A stretch of DNA of 64,000 bases. Source: Patescibacteria group bacterium (GTDB lineage Bacteria > Patescibacteriota > Patescibacteriia > Patescibacteriales > UBA12465). The stretch is taken from NCBI GenBank assembly GCA_028705215.1, contig JAQWDY010000001.1, positions 32,785-96,784 on the forward strand, in the 5' to 3' direction. Positions 45,643 to 56,247 of the stretch are shown here, piece after piece (within the stretch, counting starts at the first letter, position 1; each line of letters opens with the position of its first letter). The position numbers and the translations under genes were made by a program. Under the pieces are notes generated by a model. That model was not told the DNA's origin and made no database searches. It saw only the letters and a program-made list of their open reading frames with translations.

Positions 45643-47839
45643 ATTTACAATCTTTATTGCTACATTTTTCTTTGCCTGCTTTTGTAAATATCATCAGGGC
45701 GCCACATTTTTTACAAGTTTTTCCACTTGGTTCGCCTTGATAAGCATTTTTACATTGCGGATAATTATCGCAAGCGTAAAAAACACCACGACGACTTATT
45801 TTTTTTACTATTTTGCCTTGTTGGCAAATAGGGCAAGTTACTGGCTCAACATTGTTATCAGAAATGTTTTTTATATTTTTGCATTTAGGGTAGGCGCTGC
45901 AGGCAAGGAAGGGGCCATATTTACCCACTTTAACTTTCATTAAAGCGCCACATTTATCACAAACTTGATCATTATATTTTTCTTCCAAAGCTTTTATTTG
46001 TGGGCTTACCTCTTTTTGTGCTTCTTCTTTCTTGTTAAGACTTTTTATATTTTTGCATTTAGGGTAGGCGCTGCAGGCAAGGAATTTTCCATATCTGCCA
46101 GTTTTAATTATCATTGGCGCTCCGCATTTATCGCATTTTTCGTTTGATTCTTCAATGGGCATAATTTCTTCTTTTTTTATTTCTTTATATTTATTTTCTA
46201 AATTGTCAGCGAAATCTTGGTAGAATTCAGAAATTAAAGGTTGCCATTTTTTATTGCCACTAGCGACCATATCTAACCCGGTTTCCATTTCTGCGGTAAA
46301 GTGGTAATCAACTATTTGAGGGAAATGTAGTACCAACAAATCGTTAACAACAAAAGCTATTTCTGTTGGCTTTAGACGTTTAGAGTCATCTCTTTCTACA
46401 TAGTTTCTGGTAATAACGGTGTTGATAGTAGGGGCATAAGTTGAAGGTCTTCCAATTCCGTGTTTTTCCATTTGTTTGATTAATCCAGCATCAGAGTAGC
46501 GAGCCGGGGGAACAGTTTCGTGTTTATCGGTAGTTATTTTTATAAGCTCTAGCTTCTCATCGCGCTGCACTACAGGTAAGTTTTGTTCTTTAGTTTTCTC
46601 TGGCCAAATCTTAAGATAACCAGGAAAGACAATTACTTGTCCATTTGCCCTGAAAAGATAATTATCTTTTCCTTGAGCAATTGTATCAATTGTGGTGCTA
46701 TTTATTTTAGCTGACGCCATTTGACTAGCGAGCGCTCTTTGCCAAATTAATTTATATAACCTGCTTTCGCCACTTTCTAGTTTTTCTCCGATTATTTCTG
46801 GAGTTTTTTCTACTTCAGTCGGTCTGATAGCCTCATGCGCTTCTTGAGCATTCTTATTTTTGTTAATAAAGCTATTTTTGTTACCATTGTATTCTTTTCC
46901 TAAGTTGTTTGTAATCCAGTAGTTAGCGGCGTTGGTAAATTTAGAAGAGAGATTTAATGAATCGGTCCTCATGTAGGTAATATAACCTTTCTCGTATAAT
47001 TTTTGTGCAAGAGTCATGGTTTGTTTTGCACTATAACCTAAATAGCGATTAGCGGTTTGTTGTAGAGTTGAGGTTATAAAGGGAGGAAGAGGATTTTTTT
47101 TACTTTCCTTCTGTTCTATTTTTATGATTTTAAATAAAGCTGATTTTAAATCTTTTTCTATTTGTTTTGCGGTAGACTCTTTTAATTCTAGTTTACCTAA
47201 GGTTTTATCATTTTTCTTTATCAAATTTGATATAAAAATGTCCCCGTTTAAAGTTTTTAAATCAGCTGAAATTGTCCAATATTCTTCACTTATAAATTTT
47301 TGGATTTCTCGCTCTCTTTCAACAATAATTCTAATAGCGACGCTTTGAACTCTGCCAGCTGACAACCCTTTAGTCACCTTTTTCCATAAAAATGGAGACA
47401 GTTTATAGCCAACTAACCTATCAAGAACACGTCTTGCCTGTTGAGCGTCAACCATGTTTGAGTTAATATCACGCGGATTACTCAATGCTTCTAAAATAGC
47501 ATCTTTAGTAATTTCATGAAAAACAATTCGATTGCTTTTATTTTTCAAAGATAGGGCTTGGCTAAGATGCCAGGCAATTGCCTCTCCTTCGCGATCTTCA
47601 TCGGAAGCTAAAATTACTTTATTTGCTTTTTTGGTTAAAGATTTTAAATTGGCAATCGTTTTTTTTGCTTTAGCAGGAATAACGTAGTGAGGTTCAAAAT
47701 TATTTTCAATATCAACGCCTAATTCTTTAACGGGTAAATCTCTAATATGACCAAAAGAAGACTCCACTTTGTAATCTTTTGGTAAAAACTTGCTAATTGT
47801 TTTTGCTTTTGTGGGCGACTCAACAATTATTAAATCCAT
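45641..47839 (-). CDS. topA: DNA topoisomerase I with several C-terminal zinc-ribbon repeats
   Basis: 732 aa; TOPRIM N-terminus (MDLIIVESPTKAKTI), active-site Tyr region (...GYITYMRTDS...), four C4 zinc ribbons (CDKCGA..., ...LACSAYPKCKNIK... twice). Confidence 0.9.
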   Translation of the reverse strand: MDLIIVESPTKAKTISKFLPKDYKVESSFGHIRDLPVKELGVDIENNFEPHYVIPAKAKKTIANLKSLTKKANKVILASDEDREGEAIAWHLSQALSLKNKSNRIVFHEITKDAILEALSNPRDINSNMVDAQQARRVLDRLVGYKLSPFLWKKVTKGLSAGRVQSVAIRIIVEREREIQKFISEEYWTISADLKTLNGDIFISNLIKKNDKTLGKLELKESTAKQIEKDLKSALFKIIKIEQKESKKNPLPPFITSTLQQTANRYLGYSAKQTMTLAQKLYEKGYITYMRTDSLNLSSKFTNAANYWITNNLGKEYNGNKNSFINKNKNAQEAHEAIRPTEVEKTPEIIGEKLESGESRLYKLIWQRALASQMASAKINSTTIDTIAQGKDNYLFRANGQVIVFPGYLKIWPEKTKEQNLPVVQRDEKLELIKITTDKHETVPPARYSDAGLIKQMEKHGIGRPSTYAPTINTVITRNYVERDDSKRLKPTEIAFVVNDLLVLHFPQIVDYHFTAEMETGLDMVASGNKKWQPLISEFYQDFADNLENKYKEIKKEEIMPIEESNEKCDKCGAPMIIKTGRYGKFLACSAYPKCKNIKSLNKKEEAQKEVSPQIKALEEKYNDQVCDKCGALMKVKVGKYGPFLACSAYPKCKNIKNISDNNVEPVTCPICQQGKIVKKISRRGVFYACDNYPQCKNAYQGEPSGKTCKKCGALMIFTKAGKEKCSNKDCK
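45869..46076. repeat. intragenic near-identical ~44-bp DNA direct repeats inside topA (zinc-ribbon modules)
   Basis: tttttatatttttgcatttagggtaggcgctgcaggcaaggaa at about 45869..45912 and again at about 46033..46076, both encoding LACSAYPKCKNIK. Explains the paired spurious +strand ORFs 45737..45943 and 45965..46147. Confidence 0.7.
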
Positions 47840-47923
47840 AAACTTATAATTAATTTCGATAGTTTAATATTATAAAGTGTACTATTTATACTTTTGCTGT
47901 CAAGCTAGTTACAATAAAACCCA

Positions 47924-48475
47924 CTAAATTAGAGGGTTTTTTGTTTGGAATTTGGAAAATAAATCTTTTAACATCTCTTGTTCTTGTTGTGAAAAATTTT
48001 GTAAAACAAATTTTTCTGGAGGAATGTGTTTTTTCAAGAATTCATTTTTTATACCAATTTTTATTCTGGTGAAATTTTTGGTTTTTAGATGTTTAATGAT
48101 TGAATCAATGCCATGGTGTCCAGCGCTTCTCGAATTTTTTATTACTTTAATTTTACCAAAATCTAAATCCAAATCATCATGAACAACTGTTAATATCTCT
48201 GAAAGGTCCTGCTCTTTTTTGGTAAATAAGCCTAATCTTTTTGGAATAAGACCATAGAAATCTAGAATTTTTCTAACACTTTCTCCGGAAAGATTCATAT
48301 ATGTTAATGGTTTAACATAAAAAGTATTAGCGTCTTTATAGATTAGAGCTTTAAATTTTTTTTCTTCTTGCCAAGTGGCATTTTTTAACAAGTTGTCTAA
48401 AAAAAACCAGCCAGCATTATGGCGACTTTTTTCATATTTATTTCCTGGATTACCTAAGGCAACTATAATTTTCAT
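47924..48475 (-). CDS. pth: peptidyl-tRNA hydrolase
   Basis: 183 aa; MKIIVALGNPGNKYEKSRHNAGWFFLD... Confidence 0.9.
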   Translation of the reverse strand: MKIIVALGNPGNKYEKSRHNAGWFFLDNLLKNATWQEEKKFKALIYKDANTFYVKPLTYMNLSGESVRKILDFYGLIPKRLGLFTKKEQDLSEILTVVHDDLDLDFGKIKVIKNSRSAGHHGIDSIIKHLKTKNFTRIKIGIKNEFLKKHIPPEKFVLQNFSQQEQEMLKDLFSKFQTKNPLI

Positions 48476-48480
48476 ACAAT

Positions 48481-49893
48481 TTAATTAGAATAAGTGGTAT
48501 GTGATTTCTTATTTTTAGTAACTACCATTTTTATGGGTGTGCCTAAAAATCCAAATCTTTCCCTAAGTCTATTTTCCATAAAACGAACGTAGGAGAAATG
48601 TAAATTGTCATCTGGCCCAATTCTTATTATAAAAGTCGGAGGATTATTTTTTGTTTGCCTAAACTCATAAATGCGTGGCGCTTTTAAACCTTTGCCTTTA
48701 GCTGGTTTGTGTATTTTTATTACTCTTTTCATGAATTTTTCTGCTTGTGAATCACTAATCTGCATTGATCTGCCAGCATAAACATTTAAAATTATATCCA
48801 TAACTTTTTGCACCTTTTCTCCGGTTTTAGCGGATATAAATTGAAGTGGCGCCCAAGTAGCAAAGGGCATTTTATCATATAAATATTCGGACCATTTCTT
48901 TGTGTCCCTATCTTCTACAGCGTCCCATTTGTTAGCAATAATAATGAAACTTATTTGTCTTTCTATAATTTCTTCAACTAATTTTAAGTCTTGATGAGTG
49001 ATGGGCTCGCTAATGTCAACAACCAATAAGGCAATGTCGGCCTTATCTAATGACTTTAAAGATTTTATAATTCCTGGTTTTTCCAAGCCTTTTGTTTTTT
49101 GCCCCTTTTTTGAAATGCCAGCGGTATCAATTAATCTAATTTTGTTATCTTGATAAATAATATCAGTGTGTTGAGGCTCTCTTGTTGTGTGAGCGATAGG
49201 GCTAACAATAACTCTCTCATAACCGAGAATAGAATTTAAAAAAGATGATTTACCCACATTGGGCTTACCAATTAAACAAACATTAATTAAACTTTCGTTT
49301 TCTTCTGGGGCAGCATAAGGCCTTATCTCCTTTTTGCTTTTTTTAAGAATGCTAATAATTTTATCTAGCAAATCACCAGTTTGCGAACCACTGGCCGCAG
49401 AAACAGGAATAGGTTCGCCGAGATTAAGTTTGTTAAATTGAGCGGTTTCAGGAGAGAGATGAAAGCTGTCAACCTTATTGGCGACTAGGATTGTTTTTTT
49501 TCGATATTTTTCTACCTTATTGATAGTTTTAGCAAGAATGATATCTTCAGGCATTAAGCCAGCTTTAGTGTCCACTAAAAAAATTAAGACCTCAGCTTCA
49601 TCTAAATATTTTTTAGCCTGTCTTTGTGTTTTAGAATCGATATCATCATCATCTAAAACTATTTTTTTTCTTGTTAAATACACAGCGTCTAATAAACCAG
49701 CAGTGTCAACTAATTGGAAAGCACTTTTTGCCCACTCAACAATTCCTAAATTACTGTCTCGGGTGGTACCAGAAATATCAGAAACTAGAGCTTGTTTATT
49801 TTCAATCAAGCAATTAAAAAGAGTTGATTTGCCCACATTAGTCCGACCACAGATTACAACCAGCGGCAATTTATTTGTTTCAATTTTTTTCAT
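48481..49893 (-). CDS. der: ribosome-associated GTPase Der (EngA), tandem G domains plus KH-like domain
   Basis: 470 aa; two P-loops (GRTNVGKSTLFN and GKPNVGKSSFLN), DTAG motifs, C-terminal KH-like domain. Confidence 0.9.
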   Translation of the reverse strand: MKKIETNKLPLVVICGRTNVGKSTLFNCLIENKQALVSDISGTTRDSNLGIVEWAKSAFQLVDTAGLLDAVYLTRKKIVLDDDDIDSKTQRQAKKYLDEAEVLIFLVDTKAGLMPEDIILAKTINKVEKYRKKTILVANKVDSFHLSPETAQFNKLNLGEPIPVSAASGSQTGDLLDKIISILKKSKKEIRPYAAPEENESLINVCLIGKPNVGKSSFLNSILGYERVIVSPIAHTTREPQHTDIIYQDNKIRLIDTAGISKKGQKTKGLEKPGIIKSLKSLDKADIALLVVDISEPITHQDLKLVEEIIERQISFIIIANKWDAVEDRDTKKWSEYLYDKMPFATWAPLQFISAKTGEKVQKVMDIILNVYAGRSMQISDSQAEKFMKRVIKIHKPAKGKGLKAPRIYEFRQTKNNPPTFIIRIGPDDNLHFSYVRFMENRLRERFGFLGTPIKMVVTKNKKSHTTYSN

Positions 49894-49896
49894 ATT

Positions 49897-51363
49897 TTAA
49901 TTTTGTGTATCGTTGCCTAAGAGTATGAGAAAATCAATTTCAGGATTTTCATTTTGATAAGTATTTATCCAAGCAGGAAAAGAGAAGCTTTGCTTTGCTT
50001 TTGTTTTACTTTTTAACGCATTTAAAACTTCATTTTTATCACCATATGTAAAGTCAAAAATTAAAGATTCAACTTGATCTCTTTCTGGGGCGTTACTAAT
50101 ATCAACAACTGTTAAACCTAGGCTTTCTAAATCAGCTGCTACGCGCCCAGCTAAACCATTAATAAAGGTTCCATTTTTAACAACAACATCCGCATCTTCT
50201 CTCACCTGGATAATCTCTGCGACATCTTCTTTTTCATCTATATTTTTATTGTTTGTCTCAAATAAATTGTTAAACAAATTTCTAATATCGGTAAAATTTC
50301 CAGAAACAGGTGTTAGAATATAAGCACCATCACCACCAGTAGCTGGTTTTAAATAATTACCAGGAGCATCGCTTAAGACTACATTTTTAATTTGGTTACG
50401 ATTAACGTTTTTAAATAAATCCCACAATCTGATTAACTCCCAAGCTTCAAGGTCGGTTGCTAAATGTGTATTTAACTCATTAATTAAATGACCTATGGTC
50501 ACAGGATTTAATAAGGTCTGCTTAGATAAGAGCTTGTTTTTAGTGGCCTCTATAACTAGTTGTTGTCTTCGTGCGCGAGCAAAGTCTGAGCCCTCTACTC
50601 CATAAGCATGACGAGAACGGGCATATTTTAAAGCTAAGTCGCCGTTCATTTTGGTTAAGCCCTTTTCAATAACTAAGTGTTCATAGCGCGCATAATAGTT
50701 CGGATTATCTTCCTGTCCAAATATTGGATATTTATAATCATCTAAAGTGTTTTCAACATCGATTTCAATTCCCCCAATTTCATCAATAATGTTAGTGAAC
50801 CCTTTAAAATCAACTCGAACATAATAATGAATTGGAATTTGAAATACTTGGCTTAGAGTTTTAATGGTTTCTTCTCCGCCATTTTTACCGCTTGCTTGAG
50901 CAATGGCATTGATGCTATTTATTTTACGCCAGCCGCTACCTTCAATAGGTACCGTTAAATCGCGAGGTATGGAAACTAAAGCGATTTCACGTGTTGATGG
51001 CTTAAGGCTAGCTAACATTATAGTGTCGGTAAGATAGGCGCCATCATGACCCTCACCGCCCATGCCAAGAAGAAGAATATTAATTTGATCATCGTTTTCT
51101 CCTTCCAAATCCTTATCGCCGCTAGGAGCTAAATGTTTTAGGGAGTTAAAAATATTCTTACTTGATAACCAATCAGTTGTGCTTTGGCTAGACATAATAA
51201 CCTTTCCTGAAAATACTAAACCTAATACTAAAAAGATTATTACGTAAAAAGTAATTTTATTCTTTTTCTTATTCTTTGTTTGGTCAGTGAAAACTTCATT
51301 AGTAAGATTTTCCTGGCCTTCTTGTTTTTCTATCTCTTCCATTTTTTTCTTAAAATCTATCAT
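49897..51363 (-). CDS. LytR-CpsA-Psr (LCP) family cell-envelope polymer transferase
   Basis: ORF 49897..51402; ATG at 51363 (MIDFKKK...). TM anchor, LCP core INILLLGMGGEGHDGAYLTDTIMLASLKP...IPRDL, C-terminal LytR_C-like region. Confidence 0.8.
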   Translation of the reverse strand: MIDFKKKMEEIEKQEGQENLTNEVFTDQTKNKKKNKITFYVIIFLVLGLVFSGKVIMSSQSTTDWLSSKNIFNSLKHLAPSGDKDLEGENDDQINILLLGMGGEGHDGAYLTDTIMLASLKPSTREIALVSIPRDLTVPIEGSGWRKINSINAIAQASGKNGGEETIKTLSQVFQIPIHYYVRVDFKGFTNIIDEIGGIEIDVENTLDDYKYPIFGQEDNPNYYARYEHLVIEKGLTKMNGDLALKYARSRHAYGVEGSDFARARRQQLVIEATKNKLLSKQTLLNPVTIGHLINELNTHLATDLEAWELIRLWDLFKNVNRNQIKNVVLSDAPGNYLKPATGGDGAYILTPVSGNFTDIRNLFNNLFETNNKNIDEKEDVAEIIQVREDADVVVKNGTFINGLAGRVAADLESLGLTVVDISNAPERDQVESLIFDFTYGDKNEVLNALKSKTKAKQSFSFPAWINTYQNENPEIDFLILLGNDTQN

Positions 51364-51446
51364 ATTAATATTTAAATTCCGAAATAAATCGGAGCCACAC
51401 ACATTTAAAGCTTATAAAATATTGACTAGCTTTAGCTTTTTAGGCT

Positions 51447-51522
51447 TGGTGGACTTGAGGGGACTTGAACCCCTTACCTCCGCCATGCGAAGGCGGCGCT
51501 CTACCAGCTGAGCTACAAGCCC
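51447..51522 (-). tRNA. tRNA-Ala (anticodon CGC), G3:U70, CCA encoded
   Basis: rc GGGCTTGTAGCTCAGCTGGTAGAGCGCCGCCTTCGCATGGCGGAGGTAAGGGGTTCAAGTCCCCTCAAGTCCACCA; anticodon loop TTCGCAT. Confidence 0.8.
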
Positions 51523-51531
51523 GTTATTAAG

Positions 51532-51602
51532 TCGGGCTGCCCGGAATCGAACCGGGGCTACATGCACCCCATGCATGCGTACTACCATTATACTACAGCC
51601 CG
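51532..51602 (-). tRNA. tRNA-Pro (anticodon GGG), short D-loop, CCA not encoded
   Basis: rc CGGGCTGTAGTATAATGGTAGTACGCATGCATGGGGTGCATGTAGCCCCGGTTCGATTCCGGGCAGCCCGA; anticodon stem CATGC/GCATG with loop ATGGGGT (G37). Confidence 0.7.
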
Positions 51603-51830
51603 TAACAACAAAAAGAGTTCATCGCCCCTGAGAACTTTATTCTATCTTATCATAGAAAGTTAATATAATTCAAGGTAAAAAATAGGCTATTTTTATTATT
51701 AAATATTAGTATAGTTTGTTAATTTTTTGACACTTAGAATAATTTTTAAATAATTGCTTATTATCTATAATTTTAATAATTGCTTTTTCTCTTTTTTTCA
51801 CATAAGATATTAATAAGTAATATAATTTAT

Positions 51831-52820
51831 ATGGATAACAAAAAGATATTATTTTCAGGGGTTCAGCCCAGCGGTAGCTTTAATATTGCTGGTTATATTG
51901 GCGCCATTTCACAATGGGTTAAAATGCAGGAAAAATATAGGTGCGTTTTTTCAATTGTTGATTATCATGCTATTACCGTAAAACAAGATCCACAAACATT
52001 GCGCCAACAAATTAAAGAAATGGTTAAAATTTATTTAGCAGCCGGGATAGATCCTAATAAATCGATAATTTTTCAACAATCATCTGTCAGCGCGCATACG
52101 GAATTAGCGTGGATTTTAAATTGTTGTGGAGCGAGAATGGCGGATTTAAATAAAATGACTCAATTTAAGGATAAGGTGGGGGCAAATCAAGAATCAGCTA
52201 GTGTTGGCTTATTTGATTACCCAGTATTAATGGCGGCTGACATCTTGCTTTATAGTACAGATTTAGTTCCAGTTGGTGAAGATCAAAAGCAGCACGTTGA
52301 GTTAGCGCGTGATATTGCTAAAAGAATAAACAATCAATTTGGCGATTTGTTTGTTGTTCCGCAGGCAGTTATTAAAGAAGAGGGTGCTAGGATTATGTCT
52401 TTACTAAATCCAGATAATAAAATGAGCAAAAGCGATCCTAATCAAAACAACTCTATTGCCTTGCTCGATAATATTGATTTGGCAAAAAAGAAAATAATGA
52501 AGGCGGTAACAGATTCGGGCACAGAAATTGTTTATGATAAAGAAGAAAAGCCGGCAATCGCTAATTTATTAACTATTTATGCACAACTTGGGAATCGGGA
52601 AATACCAAGATTAGTTAAAGATTATAAAGGTAAGGGCTATGGCGATTTCAAAAAAGATTTAGCCGAGGTTGTTGCTAAATTTTTAAATGATTTTCAAGAT
52701 AAATATAATAAAATTAGTGAAAAAGAAGTAGAAAATGTTTTAAGAGAAGGAGCAAGGAGGGCGGAGAAAATAGCTAAATCTAAATTAGATGAAATAAAAA
52801 AAGCAATTGGTGTTAAGTAA
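51831..52820 (+). CDS. trpS: tryptophan--tRNA ligase
   Basis: ORF 51780..52820; ATG at 51831 (MDNKKILFSGVQPSG...). Class I motifs (GxQPSG...H-like region, KMSKS). Confidence 0.85.
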   Translation: MDNKKILFSGVQPSGSFNIAGYIGAISQWVKMQEKYRCVFSIVDYHAITVKQDPQTLRQQIKEMVKIYLAAGIDPNKSIIFQQSSVSAHTELAWILNCCGARMADLNKMTQFKDKVGANQESASVGLFDYPVLMAADILLYSTDLVPVGEDQKQHVELARDIAKRINNQFGDLFVVPQAVIKEEGARIMSLLNPDNKMSKSDPNQNNSIALLDNIDLAKKKIMKAVTDSGTEIVYDKEEKPAIANLLTIYAQLGNREIPRLVKDYKGKGYGDFKKDLAEVVAKFLNDFQDKYNKISEKEVENVLREGARRAEKIAKSKLDEIKKAIGVK

Positions 52821-52845
52821 TAAAAAAGGAATAAATAGATAACAA

Positions 52846-52872
52846 AAAACTGCTAAATATAAGCAGTTTTTT
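52846..52872 (+). terminator. rho-independent terminator of trpS
   Basis: aaaaAACTGCTaaatatAAGCAGTTtttt. Confidence 0.6.
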
Positions 52873-53003
52873 GTATCATGATAATTTTGAGTCTAATTGG
52901 CATCAATTCTTTTGCTATTTTCGTTTAAGAAAATAGCCACTCCAACACTACGTTGGAGGCGACCATTTCTTCTTTTCACATGGAAGAGAAGAAATACTCC
53001 CTA

Positions 53004-54487
<1,484 letters not shown>

Positions 54488-54727
54488 ATTGACTCTATTA
54501 AACTTAAAGTAAAAACTTTAAATTTAATTTATTGTTATTCCGTTTTTAAAACGGATAAAATTTTTGTTTCGAATTGATGCCAATTAGCATCAAAATTAAC
54601 CATCACCATGATTGTTTGGTTATTGATTTTTTAAGGTTCTTATAAAGACAGAAAAAAACAGAGATAAATAATTATCTTGTTTTTCTAAACATTATTCTGT
54701 TTTTATTTTCGATAACCACATTTTATA

Positions 54728-54760
54728 CTAATAAAAAAAGTCTGTCAAGAGTTAAATAGA
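54728..54760 (-). promoter_or_regulatory. candidate rRNA promoter (minus strand)
   Basis: Reverse complement reads CTCTTGACAgactttttttattagtaTAAAATg: TTGACA-N17-TAAAAT. Confidence 0.4.
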
Positions 54761-54786
54761 AAGAGAATAATATTGGGTTTATTTAT

Positions 54787-54815
54787 TTGACTTTTAAGAC
54801 TTTTTACGTTATAAA
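54787..54815 (+). promoter_or_regulatory. candidate promoter of the infC-rpmI-rplT operon
   Basis: TTGACTtttaagactttttacgtTATAAAt: TTGACT-N17-TATAAA, about 45 nt upstream of infC. Divergent from the rRNA promoter. Confidence 0.4.
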
Positions 54816-54857
54816 TAGATTAGAAAATATATTATAATTTTTTAATTTTTTAATACC

Positions 54858-55415
54858 ATGAGAATAAAATTTCACCGCACAGAAAGAAAAAAAGAGGAGC
54901 CAGTTTTTAAAGCTAATAATCAAATAAAAGCTGATGAGGTTTTTTTAATTGATGAAAATGATGAAGCAGTAGGAAAAATTTCTTTAAGTGAAGCTTTAGA
55001 AAAAGCTCAAGAGGCTGATCTTGATTTAGTGGAAGTTAATCCTAAAGCTAATCCGCCAGTAGTAAAGATAGTTAATTTAGGACAATTAAAATATGAAAGA
55101 GATAAGCTTGCTCATAAACAAAAAATGCAGCAGAAAAAAATTGATACTAAAAACATTAGATTGTCTTTTCGTATTAGTGAGCATGATTTAAATATGAGAC
55201 TTTCACAAGCGGAAAAATTTTTAGTGAAAGATAATAAGATTAAAGTAGAGCTCATTTTAAAAGGTAGAGAAAAACAATATCCAAAGAAGGCGGCGGAAAT
55301 TATGAATAACTTTGTTGAACAATTAAAAGCAAAAGAAACGATTCAAGCTGAAATTGAGCAGCCCTTGACAAAACAAGGAGGAAGATTTAATATTATATTG
55401 ATAAATAAAAAGTAA
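54858..55415 (+). CDS. infC: translation initiation factor IF-3
   Basis: 185 aa as ORF-called; ...VFLIDENDEAVGKISLSEALEKAQEADLDLVEV...PVVKIVN...KNIRLSFRISEHDLNMRLSQAEKFL. The true start may be a non-canonical codon inside the called ORF. Confidence 0.85.
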   Translation: MRIKFHRTERKKEEPVFKANNQIKADEVFLIDENDEAVGKISLSEALEKAQEADLDLVEVNPKANPPVVKIVNLGQLKYERDKLAHKQKMQQKKIDTKNIRLSFRISEHDLNMRLSQAEKFLVKDNKIKVELILKGREKQYPKKAAEIMNNFVEQLKAKETIQAEIEQPLTKQGGRFNIILINKK

Positions 55416-55461
55416 ATACTAAAAAAATTCAGGTAATTGCCTGTTTTTTTAATCTGCATTT

Positions 55462-55659
55462 ATGCCCAAGATTAAAACTCATAAAGCAACTGCCAAGCGT
55501 TTTACAAAAACGGCTGGAGATAAGCTTACAAAAAGAAAGGCGGGACAAGATCACTTTAATTCTAGAGAATCAGGAAATACTACTAGAAAAAAAAGAAGAG
55601 ATATCCTAGCTTCTAAAACTTTAGAAAAAACAATTAAGGCTATTACGCCCTATAATTAA
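55462..55659 (+). CDS. rpmI: 50S ribosomal protein L35
   Basis: 65 aa; MPKIKTHKATAKRFTKTAGDKL... Confidence 0.9.
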   Translation: MPKIKTHKATAKRFTKTAGDKLTKRKAGQDHFNSRESGNTTRKKRRDILASKTLEKTIKAITPYN

Positions 55660-55670
55660 TATTATTATTT

Positions 55671-56015
55671 ATGCCTAGAGTAAAGAGAGGTACTACCCAT
55701 GTTAAAAAAAGAAGGAAATTGTTGCAAGCCGTAAAAGGTTATAAGTGGGGACGTAAAAATTTAATAAAATTAGCAAAAACAGCTCGAACTAAAGCTGGCG
55801 CTCATGCATTTGTTGATAGAAGAAAGAAAAAAAGAACAATGCGTGGCCTTTGGCAAATAAAAATTAGTTCACTTGTACGTGAAAACGGTTTATCTTATTC
55901 TCGTTTTATAAATGCTTTAAAAAAGAATAACGTTGCTATTGATCGTAAAATTCTAGCTGATTTAGCAGAAAACAACCCAAACGTATTTAAAGCAATTGTA
56001 GATAAAGTAAAATAA
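55671..56015 (+). CDS. rplT: 50S ribosomal protein L20
   Basis: 114 aa; MPRVKRGTTHVKKRRKLLQAVKGYKWGRKN... Confidence 0.9.
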   Translation: MPRVKRGTTHVKKRRKLLQAVKGYKWGRKNLIKLAKTARTKAGAHAFVDRRKKKRTMRGLWQIKISSLVRENGLSYSRFINALKKNNVAIDRKILADLAENNPNVFKAIVDKVK

Positions 56016-56016
56016 T

Positions 56017-56241
56017 ATGGATTTTTGGTTAAAAATTGGGCAAGTTATAATCGCCATCATGTTAATGATTGTTATTTTGATGCAAAATAGAGGCTCTGGT
56101 GTCGGGGGTGTTTTTGGCGGTGGTGGCGGAGGCGTGTATTTGACTAAAAGAGGTTTTGAGAAAAAACTTTTTAATTTTACTATAATTTTAGCTGTTGTGT
56201 TTGTTGTTATATCCTTAGCTTCTTTTTGGATAAACACTTAA
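56017..56241 (+). CDS. secG: preprotein translocase subunit SecG
   Basis: 74 aa; two TM helices flanking a Gly-rich loop (MLMIVILMQNRGSGVGGVFGGGGGGVYLTKRG). Confidence 0.7.
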   Translation: MDFWLKIGQVIIAIMLMIVILMQNRGSGVGGVFGGGGGGVYLTKRGFEKKLFNFTIILAVVFVVISLASFWINT

Positions 56242-56247
56242 ATTATT

